Source of the DNA: a virus
Lineage: Duplodnaviria > Heunggongvirae > Uroviricota > Caudoviricetes
Reading direction: 5' to 3' (one strand)
Length of the DNA: 55,149 bases
IMG/VR virus record: IMGVR_UViG_2531839531_000008
Position numbers and translations under genes: made by a program. The notes below the pieces were generated by a model. That model had not been told where the DNA came from. It worked only from the letters and a program-made list of their open reading frames with translations, and searched no databases. This document shows positions 1 to 9,485 of this stretch, in pieces. The first letter of the stretch is position 1. Every line of letters begins with the position of its first letter.

Positions 1-468
1 ATGCCAGATCAAAAAGAAAGTGAGAACACCAAACTCACTTGTGAAGAACAAAAGGATAATGAACTGGTTTCTCGAGTAATCGAAAATCCAGAGGTCTTAA
101 ACAGGGTTTTGGATAGTCCGCAGGTGCGGGCTATTGTTTGCCAGCATTTTCAGGGGCCTGTTCCGCCACCTTCAATGCTTAAAAAGTATGATCAACTGGT
201 GCCTGGGCTTGCAAATCGACTTGTTGAGTTGACCGAAAAAGAGCAGGCTCATCGCCATAAAACAGTGGCTGATAGCATTGATATTGCCAGAGATGGTCAA
301 ACAAAGGCTTTTTGGTTGGCAATATTGATCATCTTAGCTGCCACTGTCTTTGGCGTCATGGGGGAGACAGTTCTTGCCGGAACTCTCGTTTCAATAGATC
401 TTGTTGCATTGGTTACGGCATTTATTGTTGGAAAACATTATTCTAAGCAGGAACCTGATCAAGATTAG
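1..468 (+). CDS. DUF2335-like small membrane protein; prophage-end cargo or host gene
   Basis: 155-aa ORF from ATG at nt 1; hydrophilic N-terminus, two hydrophobic helices at C-terminus; terminator follows. Confidence 0.45.
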   Translation: MPDQKESENTKLTCEEQKDNELVSRVIENPEVLNRVLDSPQVRAIVCQHFQGPVPPPSMLKKYDQLVPGLANRLVELTEKEQAHRHKTVADSIDIARDGQTKAFWLAILIILAATVFGVMGETVLAGTLVSIDLVALVTAFIVGKHYSKQEPDQD

Positions 469-474
469 TCTCTG

Positions 475-500
475 AACCCCGGTTGATGCCGGGGTTTTTA
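475..500 (+). terminator. intrinsic terminator after first ORF
   Basis: ccccgg-ttgatg-ccgggg hairpin followed by TTTTT. Confidence 0.55.
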
Positions 501-544
501 CACTAGCAAAGCAATATCAACATTTTTCAGCTGTATTTATTTCG

Positions 545-1663
545 TCAAACAACCAATTTAACCCATTCCTGACCACGAGTATCGTTATAACGATCGGTGG
601 TTGCCTGGACTTTATGTCCCAGTAATGTTTTTGTATCAATACCCTGCGCGCGGTACAGTCGTTCTGACAGGGAGCGTTGTTCATGAAATGTTGGCGGAGT
701 TTTTCCTGCTGGTGGAGTTATCCCAGCCAGATCCCGTGCTTTGGCAAAGTAGTCGCTCAGGTTGTCTTTACTCATCGGCTTTGGTTGTTTCTGGTGCCGA
801 CTATGGATTAGATATGGACTTAATATTCTGTCTCGGCACCCATCAATAACTTCTTTTAACGTTATCCCAATGGCATCACAGCGTAGTGTAAGCGGTAACG
901 CCAGACGCATTCCGGTTTTCCCTTGGGTGATATGCAGGTGTTCGTTCCATACATCTGAAAAACGCATGTGGCAAATGTCATCTCGGCGCTGACCAGTAAC
1001 AATCGCAAGAAGCATTGCGTTACGGATAAAGTGTTTTTCAGGCGTTGCGTTGTAAATTTTTTGCCAGTCTTCCAGGGTGAGCCTGGCTCTGGTTACTTTA
1101 GGGATCGGTTTACGGGTAGCCTCCGGAGGATTCCATCCAGGAGGAACTTCCCCTGCATGCTGTGCTTCTTTATAAATATCAACCCATAATCCACGATTTA
1201 CTCTCGCTGTGCTGACCATGTCTTTATCCAGCCACTCATCCAGTATTAATGCAAAGTCTCTTACTTCCAGTTCTTTCAATGGGTGGTTTCCCAGACGGGA
1301 AACCAGGTATGCAGCCATTCGGGCTTTTTCTTTGTGAGTTGTAGTTGCAATATCCCCATTTTTCAGTCGCGTGTCCTGTATTTTCAGATATCGATCAACC
1401 CATGCCTTTAATCTGATACCCCGACGTTTTGTTGCTGACGGACTTTCATCAATTTTGCGCATGAAATATTCAGCTTCTGCTGCAGCTATTCGCTGATTGG
1501 CTGTGGAAGCGATTTTTTCTGCTTTGCCTTTGTCTGTTCCGAGACCGTGAAATTTTCCAGTCACAGGGTTTTTATACTGGTAGTAAACCCTGCCAGTTCT
1601 GCGATCAAACTTTTCGTAAAGACCGGTTACGTCAGTGCTGTTTTTTCGTGGCCTCGGTGACAT
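545..1663 (-). CDS. int: tyrosine integrase, lambda Int family
   Basis: 372 aa; N-terminal arm-binding region and C-terminal catalytic region align by eye with lambda Int (HxxR...LLGH...Y); sits at the prophage end next to xis. Confidence 0.9.
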   Translation of the reverse strand: MSPRPRKNSTDVTGLYEKFDRRTGRVYYQYKNPVTGKFHGLGTDKGKAEKIASTANQRIAAAEAEYFMRKIDESPSATKRRGIRLKAWVDRYLKIQDTRLKNGDIATTTHKEKARMAAYLVSRLGNHPLKELEVRDFALILDEWLDKDMVSTARVNRGLWVDIYKEAQHAGEVPPGWNPPEATRKPIPKVTRARLTLEDWQKIYNATPEKHFIRNAMLLAIVTGQRRDDICHMRFSDVWNEHLHITQGKTGMRLALPLTLRCDAIGITLKEVIDGCRDRILSPYLIHSRHQKQPKPMSKDNLSDYFAKARDLAGITPPAGKTPPTFHEQRSLSERLYRAQGIDTKTLLGHKVQATTDRYNDTRGQEWVKLVV

Positions 1664-1910
1664 GAGTTAAAATCTCCTTCAGTGCATCATCATCGCCAGT
1701 ATGAATTTCCGGCGCAATTCCCGTTTCACCAGGTCCAACAAATACTGCCCGGCGATCTATCAGCCAACGCCCACGAATTTTTTGTGGTCTTGGAACGATG
1801 TATCCTAGTTTTCCGTATTTCACCAGGGTAGTGTTTGTTATTGGGAGACTGAACCGTTTTGGTTTCCACTCATCGAGCGTTATCAGGTACTGTTCGCTCA
1901 TGGCTATCAC
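1632..1910 (-). CDS. xis: excisionase-like protein
   Basis: 92-aa ORF immediately upstream of and overlapping int start, same strand; small basic protein. Confidence 0.55.
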   Translation of the reverse strand: MIAMSEQYLITLDEWKPKRFSLPITNTTLVKYGKLGYIVPRPQKIRGRWLIDRRAVFVGPGETGIAPEIHTGDDDALKEILTHVTEATKKQH

Positions 1911-1962
1911 TCCGGAACGCGCCAGTTGCAGAATACCAACGACAACTGGCGACGGTTGAACA

Positions 1963-4434
1963 TTAAAAATCAGCCTGATTCGGAATCAGTTTTTGCCAGA
2001 TAGCTGAAACGTATTTTGCCTGGTAACGGGCGTCATCAAGTGCATTATGGCGCTCACCTTCGAATGGAATAGCCGTTCTGGCATCGAAGTCTATGGCTTT
2101 CCCCAGCTCAACGATTGTGCGTACATCGCGATCGTTGTAGTAACGCCACGGGCAGGGGATCCCCTGCCGTTCGTATGAACGGCGCAAAATCGTGTTGTCG
2201 AAGTTGGCTCCATTTCCCCAAACCTGAACAAAAAATTCACCGGAGTTTTCGTCGATAAATTCCCGCAATTGTAACAGTGCATCATCTAACGGGATTTCAT
2301 CGGTCATAATGGCAGATTGCGCTTCGCGTGATTGCTTAAGCCACCATTTAATGGTGTCCCGATCAATGACTCCGCCAGCAGTTTCCAGATCGATAGTCTT
2401 ACTAAATTCCGGTCCCATATCTCCGGTTTGCGGATCGAAAAATATTGCACCTATTGAGATAATCGGGGCATCAGGATTTTTTCCCATGGTTTCAAGGTCG
2501 ATCATTAGATGGTCACACGTCCTACTGGCGGATGTGATTTCGTGATGACTGTTCACCTTAATTGAGTGATCTGCCGTCTCGCCAGTTTCATTATCGCTAT
2601 TGTGATGCTGATTGCCGCCAGTGTTCTTCTTGTTTGGATGTTCAGCGCCTTCCATTTCCTCCGGATCATCTTCCTGAACTTCAACCTGATACTCTTCATC
2701 GAATGTTTCCTGGTATGTTGCGTCGCCCATCACCGCGCCACAATCAGGGCAGTTGCCGCCGCCGGTCTGACCGCAGGCGGTGCAGATCTTTTCCGGTTCC
2801 TGTTGCACTACTGGTTCAGGTTGTTTCGTTTCTGGCTCGTTTTGTAACGCATTTGGGCTGTTTTGTTCCGCTTTCTGGCCGTTCTGTTCCGTTTCTTGCT
2901 GGTTCTGGTTCACAGTATCGCGGGTCTGGATCCCCTTAACCCATTTCGGATCATTCGGGTCGCTAATCCCTTCAATAAATTCACCACGTGATGCAGCAAG
3001 CAACTTATCGGCGTCAGGCTGGCTGATATTGGCTGCCTGCATAATTTTGTTTACTTCGTCAGCGGTAACTTTTACCGGTTCTGGCTGTGCGGTCGTGTCA
3101 GATGCACCAGTATTTTGTTGTGAACCTGAGTATGTACTGTTTTTGCGGGCGAAATATTCTTCTTTCGTGATTTCAGTAGCCCCGGCAGCCAGCGCCTTAT
3201 CCAGACCAGAAAGTTTGTTTGCGCGACCGTATTTTTCGCCATCCTTGTCGGTGAAGAGGAAGTAGAACGGCCCCTCACGCTCTACAGATGGTTCGACTTC
3301 CACTTTGCATTCGGTTTTTTCGTTGTCCGGAATTGCCGTTTCCACTGCATCAGTTTCTGGTACTGGCGACGAGAGAGTATCAGTTGCGCTCTGATTTGTT
3401 CCTTCATCTTCAAACACGCCCTTTGTAGTCAGGTATTCAGTAATGTATTTGTTCAGTGCCACAGGATCTTTGTGAATGTCGATCGGACGTTCACGGACAA
3501 GGCCAAAAATAGTCTGGCGGTCGTAGCGAAGGGCATCAGGCTGTTTGCGCATCGATGCCGAGATACGCTTCCAGTCTTCGCGGTCGTTGTCGATAACTTC
3601 ATTTTTTGCCCAGCGATGGATGCTGCCGTCAATGTTTCCGGCATCCACATCACCAGGCCAGAGAGCGTAGGCCAGTTCGTCATCCAGTGTTTTCCATGTC
3701 TGCTTGTATTCGCGATGAGTGGCAGCAATGACCGGGTTGATTTTTCCTGTTGAATTTTCAGTGTTCTGTTGATTGGCTCTGGCGCGGGCGAGATCAACAA
3801 CAGACGTGTATTTTCCGGTTTCCTTGCGCTCACCTTCGCGACGTTTTTTCCAGATGCGCATCTCTGCCTGAATTTCGGGCCATTTGGCACCAGGCTTACA
3901 TTTATGCTTAACCCACCCGATGGCATGCAGCTTAAGCTCCGGATACATGGCGTTAACTTCTGGCATTTTCATCAACGCTTCAACGATATGTCCGTCGAAT
4001 GCTGCCATGTCTTCCTGCAACAATTCCTGCGCGCTAATCACCATATCAACGGTGATGTTTTCACATGTGTCGAACTTAACCATGACAGCGTTCTGTACTT
4101 CAGGGGCCAGCTTGTCAAAAGTGACGTTCATCGGATCTGATTCAGTCTCAACCGGGACAAAGGAAGCTGACTCCTCATCCCAGCGGTTTTCCTGCATATA
4201 TTCAGCATCCCAGGAATCGAGGGCAGGGCGGGGTATACCGGGTTTATCCTCGCAAACAAGAAATTTATAAGCGCAGTCCTGAGCAGCCGGATAATGCTCC
4301 AGGAATTGCCAGGTAAATTTGGCACGGGCGCGGCGTTCGTCGCCAGCTTCAATGGCAGTGGCTACAGCGACTGCACCTTCTTCCTTTATTGCCTGTTCGT
4401 CCGGAATAGCGGCGCAAATAAAGACTTTACTCAT
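1963..4434 (-). CDS. RecE-like exodeoxyribonuclease VIII family protein with C-terminal DEDDh-type 3'-5' exonuclease domain and internal Cys4 zinc ribbon
   Basis: 823 aa; central segment KLLAASRGEFIEGISDPNDPKWVKGIQTRD matches RecE as recalled; CxxC...CxxC motif; C-terminal DLET...NALDDARY exonuclease motifs. Confidence 0.75.
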   Translation of the reverse strand: MSKVFICAAIPDEQAIKEEGAVAVATAIEAGDERRARAKFTWQFLEHYPAAQDCAYKFLVCEDKPGIPRPALDSWDAEYMQENRWDEESASFVPVETESDPMNVTFDKLAPEVQNAVMVKFDTCENITVDMVISAQELLQEDMAAFDGHIVEALMKMPEVNAMYPELKLHAIGWVKHKCKPGAKWPEIQAEMRIWKKRREGERKETGKYTSVVDLARARANQQNTENSTGKINPVIAATHREYKQTWKTLDDELAYALWPGDVDAGNIDGSIHRWAKNEVIDNDREDWKRISASMRKQPDALRYDRQTIFGLVRERPIDIHKDPVALNKYITEYLTTKGVFEDEGTNQSATDTLSSPVPETDAVETAIPDNEKTECKVEVEPSVEREGPFYFLFTDKDGEKYGRANKLSGLDKALAAGATEITKEEYFARKNSTYSGSQQNTGASDTTAQPEPVKVTADEVNKIMQAANISQPDADKLLAASRGEFIEGISDPNDPKWVKGIQTRDTVNQNQQETEQNGQKAEQNSPNALQNEPETKQPEPVVQQEPEKICTACGQTGGGNCPDCGAVMGDATYQETFDEEYQVEVQEDDPEEMEGAEHPNKKNTGGNQHHNSDNETGETADHSIKVNSHHEITSASRTCDHLMIDLETMGKNPDAPIISIGAIFFDPQTGDMGPEFSKTIDLETAGGVIDRDTIKWWLKQSREAQSAIMTDEIPLDDALLQLREFIDENSGEFFVQVWGNGANFDNTILRRSYERQGIPCPWRYYNDRDVRTIVELGKAIDFDARTAIPFEGERHNALDDARYQAKYVSAIWQKLIPNQADF

Positions 4435-4514
4435 GTTGTTTTAACCTCATTACAGATTTAAGGGTGAACAAATCCCTGCCATTGCTGGCATATAAAAATG
4501 AAACCGGATATTAA

Positions 4515-4718
4515 TTACGGTGCTGTTTTAAGTCCTGCCGGGATTTCGTTATTATCCATGTGAATAACTTTATCGACCGGATAACAGTTACCGGGAATTT
4601 TCTGTTCCGCTGCGGCAGCCATGCATTCTTTCATTGAACCGTAAATGTCAATAACCATGTCAACAGGCTCACCAGTATTAAGAAAAACAGTCAGAGTGAG
4701 GGCAATAGTAGTATTCAT
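4515..4718 (-). CDS. hypothetical small early-left protein
   Basis: 67 aa from internal Met; ATGA overlap with upstream gene suggests translational coupling. Confidence 0.4.
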   Translation of the reverse strand: MNTTIALTLTVFLNTGEPVDMVIDIYGSMKECMAAAAEQKIPGNCYPVDKVIHMDNNEIPAGLKTAP

Positions 4719-4903
4719 TGCCAGTATCCTTTTTGCATCGGGCGTAAACGTGCCAGCATTGAAAGAATGCATATTTTATTTAATAGCTCCCGTTCGTATT
4801 TTCTCTTATTAATGGCATCTTCAGTAAATACAGGGTTACTGATTCTGACACCAATTTCAAAACAACCTTCAGACGTATTGACGTTTGGTAATAACGTTTC
4901 CAT
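4715..4903 (-). CDS. hypothetical small early-left protein (kil/cIII-position)
   Basis: 62 aa from internal Met with GAGGA RBS; preceded by 19-bp inverted repeat arm. Confidence 0.45.
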   Translation of the reverse strand: METLLPNVNTSEGCFEIGVRISNPVFTEDAINKRKYERELLNKICILSMLARLRPMQKGYWQ

Positions 4904-5470
4904 TATCGCGTCCTCAACAATGAATTTTGTGATGCGGTGCCTGGTGCCTCCAGGTGACGTTAACCAGTTAATAATTAACGCCGGATACAGAGAACCCACC
5001 CATAAGAACCAATACGGAAGTCAACTGGTCTTTTTAACTGTTCCGCGTGCGCTGAGCCGCATTCACCGCATCACAAAATTCACTTTAAAAGGGGCGGGTA
5101 TCATGGGAAAAACAAAACGGATACCCGCCAAAAGGTAATCAACATGGGCTGTTGCAGCGGGGTTGTCACTCAGGCGTATGGTCAACCTGACAACCCGGTG
5201 GACATTTGCGAGGAACGGAGAACCCCCGCCATACTTACCGCCGCGCCATTTCGCGGAGTGCCACAACCGGAAGCGCACGGTCGACGAAAATTTAACGACA
5301 GGCTATCTATGAACCAACAACTTCGCCGTGCGCTTTCGCGTTATGCCCTGACTTTTCAGGGAGATATCCTTTCAGTAAACTGTCAGTGCCGGATGCTCAC
5401 CCGTGTCCGGCGCACGCACTCCACCTCACCCGTGGAGAACTCCTTAATTACTAACCCTCAGGAGGATGAA

Positions 5471-5746
5471 ATGGGGTTTGATGTCAATGAAACTCTTAAC
5501 TCTCTTATACGGAAAATTAATGATTTTGATAAAACACTACAGCATGCTGCGGCGCGTAGTGATATAACATTGTTAGCAATTTCATACCTTGCATCTGCCA
5601 TGAATAAAGATGAAACGGTACGAAAGAATCTCGTTGATTATATCGACTCGCTTCAGCCGGGCACTTTCAACCCTGAGAGCTTCAATCATGAGAAAGAGCA
5701 TGTTAAATCTGTAATTAATTCTCTTGTTTTGAATCAAAAGAATTGA
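5471..5746 (+). CDS. hypothetical protein, AT-rich
   Basis: 91 aa; AGGAGG RBS 8 nt upstream of ATG; 3' end overlaps convergent gene. Confidence 0.45.
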   Translation: MGFDVNETLNSLIRKINDFDKTLQHAAARSDITLLAISYLASAMNKDETVRKNLVDYIDSLQPGTFNPESFNHEKEHVKSVINSLVLNQKN

Positions 5747-6056
5747 TGCTTCTTGTTACGAAGCAATTTTCAAGGGGTTCTATCCGAATCCCTTTCTTTT
5801 CCATTAACAAGCCAAACCCCTTATTAATGATGTCCATTAATTCCAGGAAGTATTTTTTATGTAAATCCTGGTTATCAGAGAGTTGCTTCTCTTCGTACAG
5901 ACCGATAAAGGCACGACGCACGTTACCGGATATATTATCGATGGTTTCTTTTTCTACGGTACTCAGGTCAAGAGTCGCCAATTGAGAATGAACTATATTC
6001 GCTGCCATTTCCTGGAATGGCATTGGTAAATCTTTAAATTCCATCGTCAACCTCAT
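5715..6056 (-). CDS. hypothetical protein downstream of cI on same strand
   Basis: 113-aa ORF, AT-rich, convergent overlap with 5471-5746. Confidence 0.4.
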   Translation of the reverse strand: MRLTMEFKDLPMPFQEMAANIVHSQLATLDLSTVEKETIDNISGNVRRAFIGLYEEKQLSDNQDLHKKYFLELMDIINKGFGLLMEKKGIRIEPLENCFVTRSINSFDSKQEN

Positions 6057-6286
6057 CAGTCAGTATTTCTGGCTAACCAGCGACGCGCGCCAGCTTCGGT
6101 TTTAAACGTTTTGCTTTTGGTATACGTCATCGCCGTGAACGTGCCGTCTTGGTTTGGAAACACGCCGTATACCAGAGACTCGTTGTTGCCAAGATCGATA
6201 GTATCCATGTTGACCTCATTTCCCCTTAACGCCGGGGTAGCGGAACAAAAACCTGCTGCATAGTTAAAGTTGAACCCTGCCGTCAT
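6056..6286 (-). CDS. hypothetical small protein downstream of cI (possibly YdaF/YdaG-like)
   Basis: 76-aa ORF (50 aa from internal Met); position matches Rac ydaF/ydaG. Confidence 0.35.
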   Translation of the reverse strand: MTAGFNFNYAAGFCSATPALRGNEVNMDTIDLGNNESLVYGVFPNQDGTFTAMTYTKSKTFKTEAGARRWLARNTD

Positions 6287-6497
6287 GTTCTTACGCCTCG
6301 GGCTGGCTACTTAACCCCTGACCACTGCCTGGTAACTCGAAGTATTGCCCTGCATTCTGTAGGATGGGGTGAGGGAATGAATGAAGTTTAGAAAAACGAA
6401 CTTTTCAGGTCAATGTTTTTTTATCAAAACATTTTAAGCAGGCAGCTGTTAAGCCATCACCACGATGGCATACAGTTAATCAAATAGATGAGGTTGG

Positions 6498-7136
6498 TTA
6501 AATATCTTGTTGAATTTTAAAGCATACGCCCAATATGCAAGATAGATCATCCAGCATAATTGAAGGGTAGCGAGGATTCGTGGGGACTAAAAGAATATCC
6601 GGCCCTTCTATCTCCAGTTTACGAATGACAGGTGTTGTGGTCCCTTTGGGTAAGGCAAGGACAATATTTCCTGGTTGTACGGTTCGATCGGGATCAACAA
6701 AAACTGTTGAACCATTTGGGATGGAAACTCCCCCACCAGATGTTGACATACTGTCACTCTCTAGAACAACTGCAAAGGTATTGACCGGGATTTCTCCGAC
6801 AAGCTGCACACAAGAGGTTATTGAGGAATTTTTCATATAATCACTCCAGCTTGCTGCCTGCTGAAGTGATAGTAGCGGAACCGTTTTTATCGGCGGTAAA
6901 GATAGATCAAGCGAATCACCTGTATTTAACTCTCCTCCATTAAGAAGCCAATTTTCGTTTACTTTCAATATTTTTGCCAGTGAACTTATGTAACGCGAGG
7001 ACGGCGCTCCTCCACCGTTCATCCATTGACTTACGGAGCCTTTTGATGCGCCAGTGCCATTGACAAGGTCTTTGCCTTTCAGGTTTAGCGCATGCATACG
7101 TTGGGTTATGCGTTCAGATATAGTTTGCTTGCTCAT
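6498..7136 (-). CDS. cI: CI-type prophage repressor (XRE HTH + S24 LexA-like peptidase domain)
   Basis: 212 aa; N-terminal HTH (SQWMNGG), C-terminal S24 fold; divergent from cro-like gene. Confidence 0.85.
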   Translation of the reverse strand: MSKQTISERITQRMHALNLKGKDLVNGTGASKGSVSQWMNGGGAPSSRYISSLAKILKVNENWLLNGGELNTGDSLDLSLPPIKTVPLLSLQQAASWSDYMKNSSITSCVQLVGEIPVNTFAVVLESDSMSTSGGGVSIPNGSTVFVDPDRTVQPGNIVLALPKGTTTPVIRKLEIEGPDILLVPTNPRYPSIMLDDLSCILGVCFKIQQDI

Positions 7137-7227
7137 GTTTTGATTTTAAAACACAGATGGTTTTGTTTCTTGACTTTCTTTGGTTTTGATTATTAAACTT
7201 TTGACGTTCAGTTTTATGGAGCGACTC
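7137..7227. promoter_or_regulatory. immunity operator/promoter region between cI and cro
   Basis: two near-identical sites GTTTTGATT-TTAAAAC at about 7138-7153 and 7184-7198, a related half-site in between, TTGACT/TTGACG -35-like hexamers. Confidence 0.5.
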
Positions 7228-7458
7228 ATGAAAAAATCAGAAGTATTAGGCTATTTTGGCGGAGTTGTTAAAACAGCCGCAGCTCTAGGAACGTCAAAAA
7301 CCACAGTCAGCATGTGGGGGGAAGAGGTTCCGTGGAAATGGGCGTTGCTAATTCAGGCAGTCACTGCCGGGGCGCTCAAATATGAGTTACACATACCGAC
7401 GGTTGTCATTCCCGGTTCTGATCATAATCCGCCTTCTAACCAAGGGGGGGATTCATGA
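7228..7458 (+). CDS. cro: Cro-like HTH regulator (YdaS-position)
   Basis: 77 aa; GGAG RBS 6 nt upstream; divergent from cI; HTH-like segment TAAALGTSKTTVSMW. Confidence 0.6.
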   Translation: MKKSEVLGYFGGVVKTAAALGTSKTTVSMWGEEVPWKWALLIQAVTAGALKYELHIPTVVIPGSDHNPPSNQGGDS

Positions 7459-7880
7459 AAATCAAGCATGAACACATCCGCATGGCGATGAATGCCTGGG
7501 CGCATCCGGACGGCGAAAAAGTACCGGCTGCGAAAATTACCAAAGCGTATTTCGAGCTGGGAATGACGTTCCCGGAACTGTATGACGACAGCCATCCGGA
7601 AGCCCTGGCTCGCAATACCCAGAAAATTTTCCGCTGGGTAGAGAAAGACACCCCTGATGCAGTTGAAAAAATTCAGGCGTTGTTACCAGCGATCGAAAAG
7701 GCAATGCCACCTTTGCTGGTGGCCAGAATGCGCAGCCACAGTTCAGCTTATTTTCGGGAGCTGGTGGAGACGCGGGAGCGACTGGTGAGAGACGCTGATG
7801 ATTTTGTCGCAGTGGCAATCGCCGGTTTCAATCAGATGAACCGTGGTGGCCCGGCAGGAAATGCTGTGGCAGTACATTGA
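7455..7880 (+). CDS. YdaT-like protein (CII-analog position)
   Basis: 141 aa beginning MKIKHEHI as Rac YdaT is recalled to; ATGA coupling to cro-like gene. Confidence 0.55.
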   Translation: MKIKHEHIRMAMNAWAHPDGEKVPAAKITKAYFELGMTFPELYDDSHPEALARNTQKIFRWVEKDTPDAVEKIQALLPAIEKAMPPLLVARMRSHSSAYFRELVETRERLVRDADDFVAVAIAGFNQMNRGGPAGNAVAVH

Positions 7881-7951
7881 CTGACAATAGCCATATCGAA
7901 TCGCTTCCGGCAACTCGTGAGTAAAAAGATTCGGTATCAGAAGAGGTGAGT

Positions 7952-9022
7952 ATGGCTAACGCCTGGCTCAGATTATGGCATGACATGCCAAATGACCCTA
8001 AGTGGCGAACAATTGCCAGGGTGTCAGGGCAGCCAATTGCAACAGTGATGGCAGTGTATATCCACCTCCTGGTGAGCGCGTCACGAAATGTCACGCGAGG
8101 TCACATTGATGTCACGACAGAAGATTTGGCAAGTGCGCTCGACGTGACAGAAGAGGTAATTGATTCAATTTTGCAGACGATGCAGGGGCGGGTACTTGAT
8201 GGTGATTTAATCACTGGATGGGAAAAACGCCAGGTGCTGAAAGAGGACAACGGCAATATTTCGCAAACCGCAAAATCTCCGGCAGAGCGCAAGAGGGCGC
8301 AGCGAGAGAGGGAAAGAAAGCGGGAACAAAATGGCGATTGTCACGGCGAGTCACGAAATGTCACGCACATGTCACGACGAGTCACGACAGATAAAGATAC
8401 AGATAAAGATACAGATCAAGAAGATCAAAACACTATGGTCCATGGCGTAAAAAACGCCACGAACCAGGCAGGGGATGTTCAGACCGTCACTCCTGGCCAG
8501 CCCGCAGGCACGACACCGGAAGCCGATTCAGCGTATGCGCTGAAAGCCGATTCGGGCGCTGTGCAGCAGGTGATGACCGCAAGGCAGGAGCAATCACACC
8601 AACTTCAGCAGCCTGAAGCCGATTCCGCCATTCAGCGGGAAGCCGATCGGGTAGTCCCGGAAAACACCGGGCAGCCTGTGGGACGAGTGGATTATCCTGA
8701 TGTGTTCGAACAGATCTGGCGGGAATACCCGTTGCGTGCTGGGGCAAACCCGAAGAAATCCGCTTTCAGTGCCTGGAAGGCCAGATTACGCGAGGGGGTG
8801 TCACCAGAGGCCATGCTGGATGGCGTGAGGCGTTACGCAAGATACCTTGCGGCTACCGGGAAAACGGGAACGGAATTTGTTCAGCGAGCGACGACGTTTT
8901 TTGGACCGGACCGGAATTTTGAAAACCCCTGGCTGCTCCCGGTAAGCGGCACGAACAACCAGCGTTGTGTGAATCATATTTCTGAACCGGATACCGAAAT
9001 TCCACCGGGCTTCAGGGGGTAA
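7952..9022 (+). CDS. replication initiation protein (O-like) with internal origin iterons
   Basis: about 356 aa; two GTCACG iteron clusters and an AT-rich tract inside the coding sequence; position after cII analog. Confidence 0.65.
   Translation: MANAWLRLWHDMPNDPKWRTIARVSGQPIATVMAVYIHLLVSASRNVTRGHIDVTTEDLASALDVTEEVIDSILQTMQGRVLDGDLITGWEKRQVLKEDNGNISQTAKSPAERKRAQRERERKREQNGDCHGESRNVTHMSRRVTTDKDTDKDTDQEDQNTMVHGVKNATNQAGDVQTVTPGQPAGTTPEADSAYALKADSGAVQQVMTARQEQSHQLQQPEADSAIQREADRVVPENTGQPVGRVDYPDVFEQIWREYPLRAGANPKKSAFSAWKARLREGVSPEAMLDGVRRYARYLAATGKTGTEFVQRATTFFGPDRNFENPWLLPVSGTNNQRCVNHISEPDTEIPPGFRG
8080..8116. repeat. iteron cluster 1 inside O-like gene
   Basis: GTCACG/GTCACA copies at 8080, 8090, 8100, 8111 with 10-11 bp spacing. 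Confidence 0.6.
8340..8433. repeat. iteron cluster 2 plus AT-rich tract: probable prophage ori
   Basis: five GTCACG copies at 8340, 8350, 8360, 8371, 8381, then ATAAAGATACAG x2 AT-rich tract. Confidence 0.65.
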
Positions 9023-9062
9023 GTGTTGATTTCTGGTCATGAGGTAATTTTCAGGAGGACTT

Positions 9063-9485
9063 GTGGCAAAAGTTTTTACACAAGAAGAGCGAGAAAAAAT
9101 TAAAGGGCAGGTTGTTGAACTCGTACGCCAGAGTGGGCGTGAGACGTTACGGCAACTGCAAGTCAAGACAGGTGCGACAAGATATCTGATGAGCGTTCTC
9201 GCAAGAGAGCTGGTTGCCAGCGGCGATGTATACAACTCTGGTTACGGGTTATTCCCGTCTGAACAGGCGCGTAAGGACTGGCAAAATGCCCGTAAAAAGC
9301 TCTCAAGGGCAAAGCTGAAGAAACCATCTGCGGTTGATCCGGACCTTATCTGGTCATTACCTGACGGAGAAATACGTCGCTACGACAGGCGTCAGAACAT
9401 AATCTGTCGCGAGTGCCGGAAGAGTGAGGTTATGCAGCGAGTGCTGGCGTTTTATCAGGGTAATTTTCAGGAGGTGATGGCGTGA
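9063..9485 (+). CDS. hypothetical nin-region protein
   Basis: 140 aa, GTG start with AGGAGG RBS. Confidence 0.5.
   Translation: MAKVFTQEEREKIKGQVVELVRQSGRETLRQLQVKTGATRYLMSVLARELVASGDVYNSGYGLFPSEQARKDWQNARKKLSRAKLKKPSAVDPDLIWSLPDGEIRRYDRRQNIICRECRKSEVMQRVLAFYQGNFQEVMA

Noticed and set aside
5063-5278. 71-aa minus-strand ORF as an N-like antiterminator
   Set aside because: No arginine-rich motif or RBS; lies in the structured noncoding region containing the inverted repeats.
5144-5746. 200-aa long form of the plus-strand ORF
   Set aside because: The upstream 110 codons are GC-rich with no RBS, while the AT-rich 3' part has its own AGGAGG RBS at the internal ATG (5471); the short form is preferred.
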